A stretch of DNA of 64,000 nucleotides from an uncultured Dechloromonas sp. (GTDB lineage Bacteria > Pseudomonadota > Gammaproteobacteria > Burkholderiales > Rhodocyclaceae), in NCBI GenBank assembly GCA_964604465.1, contig CAZRYZ010000001.1, positions 553-64,552 on the forward strand, given 5' to 3'. This document shows, one piece after another, positions 1 through 9,429 of this stretch. Both the position numbers and the translations under genes were made by a program. Below the pieces are notes generated by a model. The model was not told the origin of the DNA. It searched no databases and was given only the letters and a program-made list of their open reading frames with translations. Position 1 is the first letter of the stretch. Each line of letters starts with the position of its first letter.

Positions 1-1507
1 TGAAAAATGCCGAGACGATAAGAATGACCGAAACCACAAGCATCAGTTCGTTGGTGGCCAGCATAACACTCTGCTCGGTCACCATGCGTTCAAGAACCAG
101 CATCGCTTGGTCATCAGTCATTCCCTGACTGGTTAACTGGTTATAAACCACTTGCCCGGGATCAATAACACCAACGAGCTCAGCCCGGTTTCGGGTGATT
201 TCATCTTCCCAGTAAGTCGTTACCACCGAAGTGGCAATCGCGCCAGAAAGAGTCCGCATGAAGTTCATCAAACCGGCGGCCGAGTTGGTTTCTTCTTCAT
301 CCACACTACTCAGCGCCGCTGCCGTCGAGGGAATAAAAAAGAACGGCATACCTAGGCCAAGCAACATGAGTGGTAATGCCACATCCCAGTAAGTCATTTC
401 GGTCGTGGCGATGGTACGGTAAAAGGTCATCGCCCCGAGCCAGATGATGCCGTAAAACACCAGCTTGCGCGGATCCATCTTCATTGACATGGCCGCAACG
501 GCTGGCGCCACAAAGAAAGCGGTAATGCCAATCCAGGCGGTGGTCATGCCGGCATCGGTGGCGGTATAGGCCATAAAACTCTGCAGCCAGAGGGGCGTCA
601 GGACGTTGGCTGCAAAGAACCCGGCAAAGGTCAGCGAGATTGTGATCACTGCTGCCGTAAAGCCCCGATGCCGGAAAACGCGCAAATCAACAATGGGATG
701 CGCTTCTGTAAACTCCCAGATAAGAAAAGCGACAAAACCAATGACGGCGACTACCGCCAGAGCAACAATGATCGGCGACGAGAACCAGTCGAGGTTCTTG
801 CCCTCATCCAGCATGATCTGCAGTGCCCCCACCCAGACGATCAGCAATACGAACCCCACCACGTCGATGGGATTACGCACAATGGTGGTTTCGTAACGTC
901 GCAGGACCTTCCAGCAGATCCACGCGCATGCCGCAGCAATAGGTAAGTTGATAAGGAAAATCCAGGGCCAGGTGTAGTTATCGCAGATCCAGCCCCCCAG
1001 AATAGGACCTAACACCGGGCCGACCAGTGTGGTCATGGCCCAGATCCCTGTTGCTGCACCCGCTTTTTCTTTTGGGAAGATACGCAGCAGGAGGGTCTGG
1101 GAAAGCGGCATTAACGGGCCACCGGCCATCCCCTGCAAGACCCGCGCGAAGACCAGAAACCCCAGCGAGGTCGACATACCCGCCAGCGCAGAAAACAGGC
1201 CAAACGCGGCCATCGCCACTACAAAGACCTTGACCGAACCATAACGCTGAGTGAACCAACCCGTGAGCGGCACCGTAATCGCTTCGGCTACGGCGTAGGA
1301 GGTAATCACCCAGGTGCCCTGTGTGGGCGTGACGGCCAGTCCACCGGCAATAGTGAGCACCGACACATTAGCGATGGTCATGTCCAGAATGGCGATCAGG
1401 TTCGCCATGGACAGGAAGAACGCCGCTGCCCAGAGTTGCCAACCTGTTAACGGCGGCAACTGAGATGGTGGCAACTTTGTCGGCGAAGGTTCAGCCGTTG
1501 CGGACAT
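1..1507 (-). CDS. emrB: DHA2-family MFS multidrug efflux permease (EmrB/QacA type); 3' end runs off the window
   Basis: Not in the ORF track because it is open-ended. Read manually from ATG 1507 (overlaps emrA stop): MSATAEPS...ILDMTIANVS...QGTWVITSYAVAEAITVPLTGW, typical EmrB motifs; follows emrA. Confidence 0.92.
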   Translation of the reverse strand, partial: MSATAEPSPTKLPPSQLPPLTGWQLWAAAFFLSMANLIAILDMTIANVSVLTIAGGLAVTPTQGTWVITSYAVAEAITVPLTGWFTQRYGSVKVFVVAMAAFGLFSALAGMSTSLGFLVFARVLQGMAGGPLMPLSQTLLLRIFPKEKAGAATGIWAMTTLVGPVLGPILGGWICDNYTWPWIFLINLPIAAACAWICWKVLRRYETTIVRNPIDVVGFVLLIVWVGALQIMLDEGKNLDWFSSPIIVALAVVAVIGFVAFLIWEFTEAHPIVDLRVFRHRGFTAAVITISLTFAGFFAANVLTPLWLQSFMAYTATDAGMTTAWIGITAFFVAPAVAAMSMKMDPRKLVFYGIIWLGAMTFYRTIATTEMTYWDVALPLMLLGLGMPFFFIPSTAAALSSVDEEETNSAAGLMNFMRTLSGAIATSVVTTYWEDEITRNRAELVGVIDPGQVVYNQLTSQGMTDDQAMLVLERMVTEQSVMLATNELMLVVSVILIVSAFF

Positions 1508-2361
1508 CAGTCACTCCGGGTATCAACCCGCACGCGCATGGAGACACCCACGCTGAGCGGATTCGCTGCCAACTCTTCGGATGACAGGCGGATACGGACC
1601 GGCACGCGCTGAACGACTTTGATCCAGTTACCGGTCGCGTTCTGCGCCGGGATTGCTGCAAAGGCTGCACCGGTGCCCCCCGAGAATCCATCGACCACAC
1701 CTTCGTAGACCACACGGCTGCCGTATAGATCCGCTGTTAGGCGGACTTTCTGGCCGACCCGGATCTTTTCGAGTTCGCTTTCCTTGAAGTTGGCATCAAC
1801 ATGCAGATTCTGCAGCGGGACGATCACCATCAATGGTGCGCCGGCCCGAACACGCTGACCCAGCTGCACCTGACGTTTGGCCACCACACCATCAATGGGC
1901 GCCCGCAAGGTCGTGCGCTCGAGATTAATGGTGGCTTCCCGGTAGGTGGCGCTGGTCAGTGCCAGGTCGTTTTCCGAACGGGTCAACTCGTCGGCCGAGA
2001 CCGAACCGGTCGTCGCCAGCGCCTTGCGCCGATCGTAATCAATCTTGGCACGGTCATAATTGGCCTTGGCTTTGTCGTAAGCGACCTGCATATCGCGTGG
2101 ATCGATCTTGACGAGGATATCGCCTGCGATGACACGATTAGTATCCACGACATTGACCGCTTCAATAGTGCCGTCAATCTCCGGGGTGACCTGCGCAATC
2201 TCCGCCGCGGTGTATGCATTGTCTGTACTGACATATCGTGACCCATAGAACGCCCAATACAGAGCAAAAGCCACCGTCACTACCCCCACACAAACGCCCA
2301 GAATGGTGAAGGCCTTTTTGCGCTCGGCAATTTTGCTGACAATCTGTTTCTTCCGGCTCAC
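1507..2361 (-). CDS. emrA: EmrA/HlyD-family membrane fusion protein
   Basis: N-terminal TM, STDNAY, ANFKE and PAQNATGNWIKVVQRVPVRI motifs. Confidence 0.93.
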   Translation of the reverse strand: MSRKKQIVSKIAERKKAFTILGVCVGVVTVAFALYWAFYGSRYVSTDNAYTAAEIAQVTPEIDGTIEAVNVVDTNRVIAGDILVKIDPRDMQVAYDKAKANYDRAKIDYDRRKALATTGSVSADELTRSENDLALTSATYREATINLERTTLRAPIDGVVAKRQVQLGQRVRAGAPLMVIVPLQNLHVDANFKESELEKIRVGQKVRLTADLYGSRVVYEGVVDGFSGGTGAAFAAIPAQNATGNWIKVVQRVPVRIRLSSEELAANPLSVGVSMRVRVDTRSD

Positions 2362-3836
2362 CGCGGTAACTCCTCTGTTTTCTTGATATCGATCTGATCC
2401 TGCAGACTGCTCGTTTGATACCCGCCGCCCAGAGCTTTGATCATGGCCACATCCAGAATGAAGGCGCGGGTCTGCACATCGGTCTGTACCCGCCAGCTAT
2501 TGAGCAGCTCGTCTTCGGCCACCAGGACATCGAGATAATTGGCCAAGCCACCGCGGTAGCGGTTGGCAGCGACCTGTACCCCCTGGTTCTGGGCGTTGAC
2601 GCTGCTTTGCACCAAATCCATCTGCTTCTGCAATTGCTGCAGGCCGGCAGCCACATCGGCTACCTCATTGAGTGCCTGAACCAGGGTCTTCTCATAATTG
2701 GCGACATTCTCGTCGTACTCCGCCCGGGCTGCCGCCAGATCGGCGCGCAACTTGCCACCAAGGAAGATCGGCAGATAGATGGCCGGCCCGGCATTACTCA
2801 TGTAAGAGCCTGACTCGATCAGTCGGTTAATGCCAAGCGATTGGCCGCCAACAAAGGCCGCCACATTCACATTGGGGTAGAACAGGGCTTTGCGGTTTTC
2901 AATACGGCTCTGGCCGGCTTCGGCCTGCCAACGCGACGCCACAATGTCCGGTCGTCGACCGACAAGGTTGATACCGATATCAGCCGGTAAGGCATACCTG
3001 ACACTGAGCAGGGTTTTAGGTGGCTCGATCTTTAGCCCCCGGTCAGGCCCGGCACCCACCAGGGCCGCCAAGCGGTTGCGCGTTTCAGCAATGCGCACAT
3101 CGATCTGTACCAGTTCATTTTCAACCAGATGCATCTTGCCAGCAGCCTGGCTGACTGCGCCCACGTTTTCGAGCCCTTGGGTCTGGCGCTCCCTGAAGAG
3201 CACCCAGGTTTTTCGGCGGATATCGAGAGACTTCTGCGCCGTTTCACGATCGGCTACCAAACGGGCCAGATCTGCATAACTGCGTGCGATGGAGGTCGTC
3301 AGAATCAACTGAGCCTGCGCTGCTTCGGCGCGCCGTGCCTGGCTCTCCGATACGGCGGCAGCCAATGCAGCCCGGTTCTTGCCCCAGAAATCAATTTCCC
3401 AGTTGAAGTTCAGCGTGGCCTGACCATAGGAATACCACCCCTGCGGCGTATAAGGCGCCGGCACAATGTAATTGGTACTGACCTCCTGACCGAAGACCGT
3501 ACCCTCAGCGGACAACTGCGGATACAGGATGGAGCCCACCGACTTCGACTGTGACTCGGCACGACGTAATCGCGCCTGTGCCGCCTTTAGATCGGGCGAG
3601 CCGGCCAGCCCCTCCTCCATGAGTTGATTGAGCTGCGCATCATGATATTTTTCCCACCAGCGATCATTCGGCCACTCGGACTCGGCCGCTTTGAAGGATT
3701 GCGTGCTTTCAAACGTTTCAGGCGCTCTGGCTTCGGGCAATGGTCCCAGTGAGGGCATAGGCGCGCAGGCACCGAGCAGCATCGCCAGCATAGCGGCGGC
3801 GAAGGGCTTGAGCGGAAACAGACCGCCATTACGCAT
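2358..3836 (-). CDS. Outer-membrane efflux lipoprotein (NodT/OprM family)
   Basis: Start moved to ATG 3836 (overlaps MarR stop). Lipobox LLGAC, WEIDFWGK, RRPDI, KALGGG. Confidence 0.9.
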   Translation of the reverse strand: MRNGGLFPLKPFAAAMLAMLLGACAPMPSLGPLPEARAPETFESTQSFKAAESEWPNDRWWEKYHDAQLNQLMEEGLAGSPDLKAAQARLRRAESQSKSVGSILYPQLSAEGTVFGQEVSTNYIVPAPYTPQGWYSYGQATLNFNWEIDFWGKNRAALAAAVSESQARRAEAAQAQLILTTSIARSYADLARLVADRETAQKSLDIRRKTWVLFRERQTQGLENVGAVSQAAGKMHLVENELVQIDVRIAETRNRLAALVGAGPDRGLKIEPPKTLLSVRYALPADIGINLVGRRPDIVASRWQAEAGQSRIENRKALFYPNVNVAAFVGGQSLGINRLIESGSYMSNAGPAIYLPIFLGGKLRADLAAARAEYDENVANYEKTLVQALNEVADVAAGLQQLQKQMDLVQSSVNAQNQGVQVAANRYRGGLANYLDVLVAEDELLNSWRVQTDVQTRAFILDVAMIKALGGGYQTSSLQDQIDIKKTEELPR

Positions 3837-4302
3837 GTCCCGACTCCATGACCTTGAACAAAGCCTGTGTGGCCTGCTGGATCTCGGTATCGGCCAATGC
3901 CGATCGCATCCAGGCACGGGTCATATCGACCAGCTCGCGCATGACTTTACCCACAAAGCGATTGCCCTTGGCTGTGAGCCGAACGGGCTTCACCCGGTTG
4001 TCCTGTTTCGCGACGGAACGTTCCACATAGCCCTTCTCTTCCAGGAGATGAATCACTTTGGTCAGGCCACCCGAGGTAATGAGCACACGCTCCTGCAGCT
4101 GCCCCGGGGTAAGTTCATGCGGCGCTTTGGCACAACGCAAGGTGGCCAGCACATCAAATTCGGCCGGGGTCAGGCCATGCTGATCCCAGACTTCCTTGGC
4201 CTTGGCGTGCGCTACCTTATGTGCACGTTCCAGGTTGAGGAACATAGGAACTACCAGCGGATCATGGCTGATCGCCCATTCAAAATTGGCTTCCTGATTC
4301 AT
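3829..4302 (-). CDS. MarR-family transcriptional regulator
   Basis: LTPAEFDVLATLR...ITSGGLT...LEEKGYVER...DNR...LTAKG winged helix; heads the efflux operon. Confidence 0.92.
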   Translation of the reverse strand: MNQEANFEWAISHDPLVVPMFLNLERAHKVAHAKAKEVWDQHGLTPAEFDVLATLRCAKAPHELTPGQLQERVLITSGGLTKVIHLLEEKGYVERSVAKQDNRVKPVRLTAKGNRFVGKVMRELVDMTRAWMRSALADTEIQQATQALFKVMESGHA

Positions 4303-4331
4303 CCTTTGCGGGCTCCGGATAACGAGCTCGC

Positions 4332-4360
4332 ATGATAACTATCTTTCTAGAAAGATACAA
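4332..4360 (-). promoter_or_regulatory. Sigma70 promoter with overlapping 18-bp palindromic operator (probable MarR site)
   Basis: Minus strand TTGTAT-17bp-TATCAT; perfect palindrome TATCTTTCTAGAAAGATA at 4340-4357 fills the spacer. Confidence 0.75.
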
Positions 4361-4393
4361 GGACGTCGTCCAGAGAATCCCGGGAATCACGCC

Positions 4394-5587
4394 TCAGCAG
4401 CGACCGCAAAGCTTCCATGTGTCGCGCGCGATGACCGATTCTTCATTGGTGGGAATGATCCAGACAGCAACACGGCTCGTATCGGTCGAGATACGGCATA
4501 CCCCGGAGGCCGTAGCATTGCGGACCGGATCGATCTCGACCCCGGCCCAGGCCAGCGCTTCGCAAGCTCGCGCGCGTATGGTCGGCGAATGTTCGCCAAT
4601 TCCGGCAGTAAAGACGATCCCGTCCAGCCCGCCGATAGCGCCCATGGCAGCGCCGGTTTCGCGCGCCAGCATATACACAAACAGATCAATGGCCAGCCTG
4701 GCATTTGGCGCAGAAGATTGTTCGAGATCGCGCATGTCATTGGAGATGCCACTCACCCCCAGCAGACCAGACTGCTTGATAATCAACTGTTCCACTTCAG
4801 CCGGACTCATGCCCTGCTGTTCAATCAGATACAGGGCAATCATCGGATCCAGCGAGCCTGTGCGTGTTCCCATCATTAACCCGTCGAGTGGCGAGAAGCC
4901 CATCGAGGTATAGGCACTCCTTCCCTCAACTAGGCCACAGAGGCTGGCCCCACTCCCCAGGTGCATTACGACCGTATGCCCCCTGGCAAGCTTCGGGTCG
5001 AGAAGCGGCAATTGTGTACTGATGTAATCGTAGGATAGACCGTGAAAGCCCCAGCGGCGAATTCCCATATCCCTGAAGCGTAACGGCAGTGCATAGATAT
5101 CAGCCACTTCTGGCTTGGTGCGATGAAAGGCAGAATCGAAACAGGCTACCTGCAGCAGATCCGGATGCGCCTCGCGCAGAACGCGAATCCCTTCTACCTC
5201 TGCTGGCTGATGGCTGGGCACAATGGGGCAATAGCGCTCCAGCACGTCGAGTACGTGATCATCCACCACCACCGAGTGCGGGTACTCCACTCCGCCCAGA
5301 ACCACCCGGTGCCCAACAGCTTTAAGCTGATAGTCAGCGGCCTGCTGATGGACAAAGTCCAGAATAATCTCGACGGCCTCGCTGCGGCGCATCGGTGCTC
5401 CCCAGGACTTTTCTTCCGAGTTTCTTCCTAAAGTATGGACAGCCTTAAAGCGGGGTTGCCCCAGCAATCCTTCAATCTGGCCGCCTAGAACAAGCCGGGG
5501 CTCACCCGCGTCCACTGCATAGAGCGAGAACTTGACGCTCGAGGAGCCCGTATTAAGGCACAGTAGCGCTAACTTAGGTTCGGTCAT
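4394..5587 (-). CDS. ackA: Acetate/propionate kinase
   Basis: LNTGSSSVKF, GHRVV, FHGLSY, HLGSGAS, FTAGIGE, PTNEE. Confidence 0.93.
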   Translation of the reverse strand: MTEPKLALLCLNTGSSSVKFSLYAVDAGEPRLVLGGQIEGLLGQPRFKAVHTLGRNSEEKSWGAPMRRSEAVEIILDFVHQQAADYQLKAVGHRVVLGGVEYPHSVVVDDHVLDVLERYCPIVPSHQPAEVEGIRVLREAHPDLLQVACFDSAFHRTKPEVADIYALPLRFRDMGIRRWGFHGLSYDYISTQLPLLDPKLARGHTVVMHLGSGASLCGLVEGRSAYTSMGFSPLDGLMMGTRTGSLDPMIALYLIEQQGMSPAEVEQLIIKQSGLLGVSGISNDMRDLEQSSAPNARLAIDLFVYMLARETGAAMGAIGGLDGIVFTAGIGEHSPTIRARACEALAWAGVEIDPVRNATASGVCRISTDTSRVAVWIIPTNEESVIARDTWKLCGRC

Positions 5588-5659
5588 GGCATACGTCCAA
5601 GAATGATTTACGCCGAGTGTGCCATGCCATCATCACACCTTGATGACAGCCCACCCCAC

Positions 5660-6673
5660 TTAGCGCTTGTAATAGCCCCGGTACCAGTCAACAAATCGGC
5701 CCACCCCATCACGCACAGAGGTCGCCGGCTGGAAACCCACCCAGGCATCCAGCGCACGGGTATCGGCAAAGGTTTCCGTCACATCCCCCGCCTGGAGCGG
5801 CAGGAAGTTTTTCTGGGCGGTCATACCGACGGATGCCTCGATGGCCGTGATGAAATCCATCAGCGGCACCGGGTCACTGTTGCCGATATTAAAAATACGG
5901 TACGGGGCACGACCCGTATGCGGCAATGGGTGCTGCGGATCAAAACCCGCATCCGGGGTAGCGGGCTTATCCAGCACACGGATCACCCCTTCGACAATAT
6001 CGTCGATATAGGTAAAGTCCCGGCGCATCTTGCCTTCATTGAAGACTTTGATCGGCTCGTTATTCAGCATGGCGCTGACAAAAAGGAACAGCGACTGATC
6101 CGGCCGTCCCCATGGGCCATACACCGTGAAGAACCGCAAACCCGTTACCGGCAGGTTGTAGAGGTGGCTGTAGCTATGCGCCATCAGCTCGTTAGCACGC
6201 TTGGTGGCAGCGTAGAGGCTCACCGGGTGATCCACACTGTCTGCCTCAGAGAACGGCATCTTCTCATTGCCGCCGTACACGCTGGAGCTGGAGGCATAGA
6301 CCAGATGACCCACCCGATTCTGACGACAGCCCTCCAGAACATTCAGAAAACCTGTCAGGTTGCAGTCAGCATAGGTATGCGGGTTGGTGACCGAGTAACG
6401 CACACCGGCCTGGGCTGCGAGGTGAACGACGCCATCAAACTTTTCCTGGGCAAACAGATCGGCGATGAGGTCACGGTCAACCAGATCTCCTTTGATAAAT
6501 CGGAAACCAGGGTACTTTTTCAGCACGTCCAGTCGGCCCAGCTTGAGTGCCGGATCATAGTAGTCATTGAGGTTATCCAGCCCGACCACGGTATCGCCAC
6601 GCTGCAGCAGGCGTTCAGCAGTATGCATGCCGATAAAACCGGCAGCACCGGTAACCAGATAGTGACGGGGCAT
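5660..6673 (-). CDS. NAD-dependent epimerase, UDP-glucuronate 4-epimerase type
   Basis: TGAAGFIG, HLAAQAGVRYS, YAATK, RFFTVYGPWGRPD. Start ATG 6673 or TTG 6691. Confidence 0.92.
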   Translation of the reverse strand: MPRHYLVTGAAGFIGMHTAERLLQRGDTVVGLDNLNDYYDPALKLGRLDVLKKYPGFRFIKGDLVDRDLIADLFAQEKFDGVVHLAAQAGVRYSVTNPHTYADCNLTGFLNVLEGCRQNRVGHLVYASSSSVYGGNEKMPFSEADSVDHPVSLYAATKRANELMAHSYSHLYNLPVTGLRFFTVYGPWGRPDQSLFLFVSAMLNNEPIKVFNEGKMRRDFTYIDDIVEGVIRVLDKPATPDAGFDPQHPLPHTGRAPYRIFNIGNSDPVPLMDFITAIEASVGMTAQKNFLPLQAGDVTETFADTRALDAWVGFQPATSVRDGVGRFVDWYRGYYKR

Positions 6674-6746
6674 CAGGGCATCCAGGGACAAGGCTTATAA
6701 TTAAGCATTATCGCATTGAAGCGGCGCCCCGCCGAAATTCTGCCCC

Positions 6747-7451
6747 ATGGCTTACCCTGCGTTCCCCTCCCCCCGTTGGCATGCTGCCCCCCTTAAGCTG
6801 GTCTTTCTGGGGTTGATGGCATTCCTGCTGGCAGCCTGTACCCCGCTGGCCACCAAACCGGACCCCACCGAGTATCTGGATGCGGCCGACTATGACCGCA
6901 TGAAGCAGGTGTCATCACAGCCGGGAATTCGTATCTTCCGCTATCAGAGCCCCGATTTCAGGAGGAGTGACTTCAAGACCGTGATGGTCGACCCGATTGT
7001 GCTTTACCAGTCTGCCGAGAAAGACCTGGGCAAAGACGGCATCTCGGAGGAAACTATTTACCGGGTCCGCAACTCCATGGACATTGCCATGCGCCAACTG
7101 GTCCGCAAGCAGTTCGGCATTAGTTATAAACCGGGTGCCCGTGTAGCGCGTCTGAGCACGGCCATTACCGGGGTTCTGCTTGATGGCGACCAGTTCCGTC
7201 CAAGAAGCCTAGTACCCATATCTACCGTACTCAAGGCTGCCGGCAAAGGCGACACCATCCAGGGCCGAAAACCCTACCTGATGGTCGAGGCAAAACTGGT
7301 CAACAGCACCACCGGCAAGATCATGGGTGAAGGTGTTTACCTGGTGTCCAGCGAACAGTTCCGGCGCGAAGTCGACTCCCCGGAAAAGTTCCAGTTGCTG
7401 GCAAACCAGTGGGTCAAGGGTGCCATTAGCGTTGCCAGCGGACTGCGCTAA
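6747..7451 (+). CDS. Lipoprotein, DUF3313-like
   Basis: Lipobox LLAAC; V(M)VDP and RLSTAIT...VEAKLVNS.TG pattern resembles DUF3313. Confidence 0.65.
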   Translation: MAYPAFPSPRWHAAPLKLVFLGLMAFLLAACTPLATKPDPTEYLDAADYDRMKQVSSQPGIRIFRYQSPDFRRSDFKTVMVDPIVLYQSAEKDLGKDGISEETIYRVRNSMDIAMRQLVRKQFGISYKPGARVARLSTAITGVLLDGDQFRPRSLVPISTVLKAAGKGDTIQGRKPYLMVEAKLVNSTTGKIMGEGVYLVSSEQFRREVDSPEKFQLLANQWVKGAISVASGLR

Positions 7452-7474
7452 ATTTTTGGCGCATAATTGTTCTT

Positions 7475-7822
7475 ATGATGCTCAAAAAACTAGTCGCTCT
7501 CTGCGTGACCGTCTGCGTATTGTTTGCCCCAATGGCAAGCAGTGCCAACGTGGTTGCTAGCGTCTCGACACATGAGGTACCCATGCAGATGGCTGACTGT
7601 CATCCGGGTTCACCTCACGATGGGGTTCAGGCCGTCTCCGAGACACAGCAAGCCGACACCCATCATGTACATGCCTGTTGCGTCAGTCTTATCGCCATCG
7701 TGGCGAACTGGCATTTAAGCCATGCAGCCGCCTCGTCGGCCACGCCCATCGGACTCCTTCCGTCGCTGGGTTTCGGCGTGCGACTTGATAGTCTTTTCCG
7801 ACCCCCCAGACAGATCTCCTGA
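7475..7822 (+). CDS. Secreted His/Cys-rich leader protein with C-terminal RPP motif (CruR/CutF/CopL-like)
   Basis: Signal peptide, MADCH, HHVHACC, ends LFRPPRQIS; lies upstream of metal-related genes. Confidence 0.75.
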   Translation: MMLKKLVALCVTVCVLFAPMASSANVVASVSTHEVPMQMADCHPGSPHDGVQAVSETQQADTHHVHACCVSLIAIVANWHLSHAAASSATPIGLLPSLGFGVRLDSLFRPPRQIS

Positions 7823-7882
7823 TTAAGACCCTCGTTTTGAACTCATGCCCTTCGGCATGATCATCGTGTCTATCTGGAGATT
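7813..7882 (+). promoter_or_regulatory. Predicted SD-sequestering RNA structure between the leader ORF and the next gene
   Basis: GATCTCCTGAT (7813-7823) can pair with ATCTGGAGATT (7872-7882), 10 of 11 pairs including one G-U, covering SD GGAG. Internal hairpin TCATGCC-CTTC-GGCATGA at 7843-7860. Confidence 0.6.
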
Positions 7883-7887
7883 CAATA

Positions 7888-8493
7888 ATGAACATGACCC
7901 ACTACATGGAGCTGTTGGCCACCAACCAGCCCTGGAACCTGATTATTTTCATGGCTATCCCCGTTATTCTGGCGGAAACCGTGGCAATTACTGAGCTTTA
8001 TATCCTCTATACCCGGAAGTTGCATGGCTGGGTCCGCAACCTCAACCGCATTGCCGGCATCGTGGTTGGCCTCTATTTCACCGGGATCATTGCCTACCTG
8101 CTCATCAACGCCGTGATGCCCATTACCAGAGCCGGTGAATGGCGCACCATCATTGATGTGATCGCCGTTTCAACCTATCTGATTGGCGGCATTCCCATGG
8201 TACTGATTGCACTTCAGGACCTAGGGCTGCTACATAAAAATGCCAGCGAAGAAAGTAAGCTGGGCTATCACGCGGTTTATGTGGCTGTCTTTCTGGTCTT
8301 TGCACATCTCGCCATGATTGCCGGGATGATGGACCCAAGCATACTGGGCTACCAGGGCGAAATGCCTCACGACATGTCTCAACCGATGATGCAGCCCGAT
8401 CAGATGCCGATGCAGAGCCACATGGGTAACAGTGGAAATATGCCCATGTCTCCGAGCCAGATGCCCGCACATCCGGGCCCCATGCACAAGTAA
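7888..8493 (+). CDS. Four-TM membrane protein (DUF6803-like) with Met/His-rich C-terminal tail
   Basis: MTHYMELLATNQPWNLIIFMAIPVILAET start, four hydrophobic segments, tail MPHDMSQPMMQPDQMPMQSHMG...MHK. Confidence 0.75.
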   Translation: MNMTHYMELLATNQPWNLIIFMAIPVILAETVAITELYILYTRKLHGWVRNLNRIAGIVVGLYFTGIIAYLLINAVMPITRAGEWRTIIDVIAVSTYLIGGIPMVLIALQDLGLLHKNASEESKLGYHAVYVAVFLVFAHLAMIAGMMDPSILGYQGEMPHDMSQPMMQPDQMPMQSHMGNSGNMPMSPSQMPAHPGPMHK

Positions 8494-8501
8494 CCATTAA
8501 G

Positions 8502-8525
8502 GCCTCACCCCGTCAGGGGTGAGGC
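8502..8525 (+). other. Strong intergenic hairpin without U-tract
   Basis: GCCTCACCCC-GTCA-GGGGTGAGGC, perfect 10-bp stem. Confidence 0.7.
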
Positions 8526-8545
8526 ACACCCACATCGAGAACGAT

Positions 8546-8977
8546 ATGAAATTACTCATTAGCGCCCTTTTGTTTTCAATAGCCACGATGGCCACTGCTC
8601 AACCCAGCGGCAAGACCGTCGATATGTACGAAAACCCCTCCTGCCCCTGCTGCAAGAACTGGGCTACCTACATGGAGAAAAACGGCTTCCAGGTCCGGGT
8701 TCATAACGTGGACGATATCAACGTCTCCCGTCAGAAACTCGGCATGCCCCAGAAATATGGTTCCTGCCATACCGCTGTGATTGACGGTTATCTGATCGAA
8801 GGCCATGTCCCGGTCTCGGACATCAAACGACTGCTCTCAGAAAAGCCCAAGGCCGTTGGCCTTGCCGTCCCGGGCATGGTGGTCGGATCGCCGGGTATGG
8901 AAGGGCCTAATCCGAAGCCCTATCAAACGCTCATCATCAAACCTGATGGTGTCTCATCGGTTTTTGCCTCGCATTGA
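8546..8977 (+). CDS. DUF411 / CopG-type periplasmic metal-binding protein
   Basis: Signal peptide, PSCPCC, SCHTA, IEGHVP, LAVPGM.VGSPGME. Confidence 0.88.
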   Translation: MKLLISALLFSIATMATAQPSGKTVDMYENPSCPCCKNWATYMEKNGFQVRVHNVDDINVSRQKLGMPQKYGSCHTAVIDGYLIEGHVPVSDIKRLLSEKPKAVGLAVPGMVVGSPGMEGPNPKPYQTLIIKPDGVSSVFASH

Positions 8978-8982
8978 TACTC

Positions 8983-9429
8983 ATGAAACTCACACCCTAT
9001 ATTTTAGGATTGGCAATCGGTCTAAACCCGCTAACGGGTTTGGCCGACGATGCCGTCACACATGCCTACCCCGATATTCCCGGGGTTAAAGCGCAGGTTC
9101 TGATTAAAACTACTCAAGCATGGAACGGATCAAGCCTTCCCGAGTACGGCCAGGGACAACCCGAAGTCACCATTATTCGATACAGCTTTGCCCCGGGCGC
9201 CAAACTTCCCATGCATATGCACCCGGTCATCAATGCCGGTGTTCTCCTCAAGGGGGAACTGACTGTAACCACCAAAACAGGTGAACAGATCACGCTTAAA
9301 GCGGGTGACCCACTTGTAGAGCTTTTCAAGGAATGGCACTCCGGTGTCAACCCAGGAAAAGAACCAGTCGATCTAATCGTGGTTTATGCCGGCACCGTCG
9401 GTACGCCGCTGGTTATTCGCGAGCAGTAA
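8983..9429 (+). CDS. Periplasmic cupin-domain protein
   Basis: Signal peptide; PMHMHP...LLKGEL...GD...E...WH cupin motifs. Confidence 0.85.
   Translation: MKLTPYILGLAIGLNPLTGLADDAVTHAYPDIPGVKAQVLIKTTQAWNGSSLPEYGQGQPEVTIIRYSFAPGAKLPMHMHPVINAGVLLKGELTVTTKTGEQITLKAGDPLVELFKEWHSGVNPGKEPVDLIVVYAGTVGTPLVIREQ

Noticed and set aside
5603-6700. 365-aa plus-strand ORF
   Set aside because: Exact antisense shadow of the well-supported epimerase; no recognisable motifs; common in GC-rich codon-biased genes.
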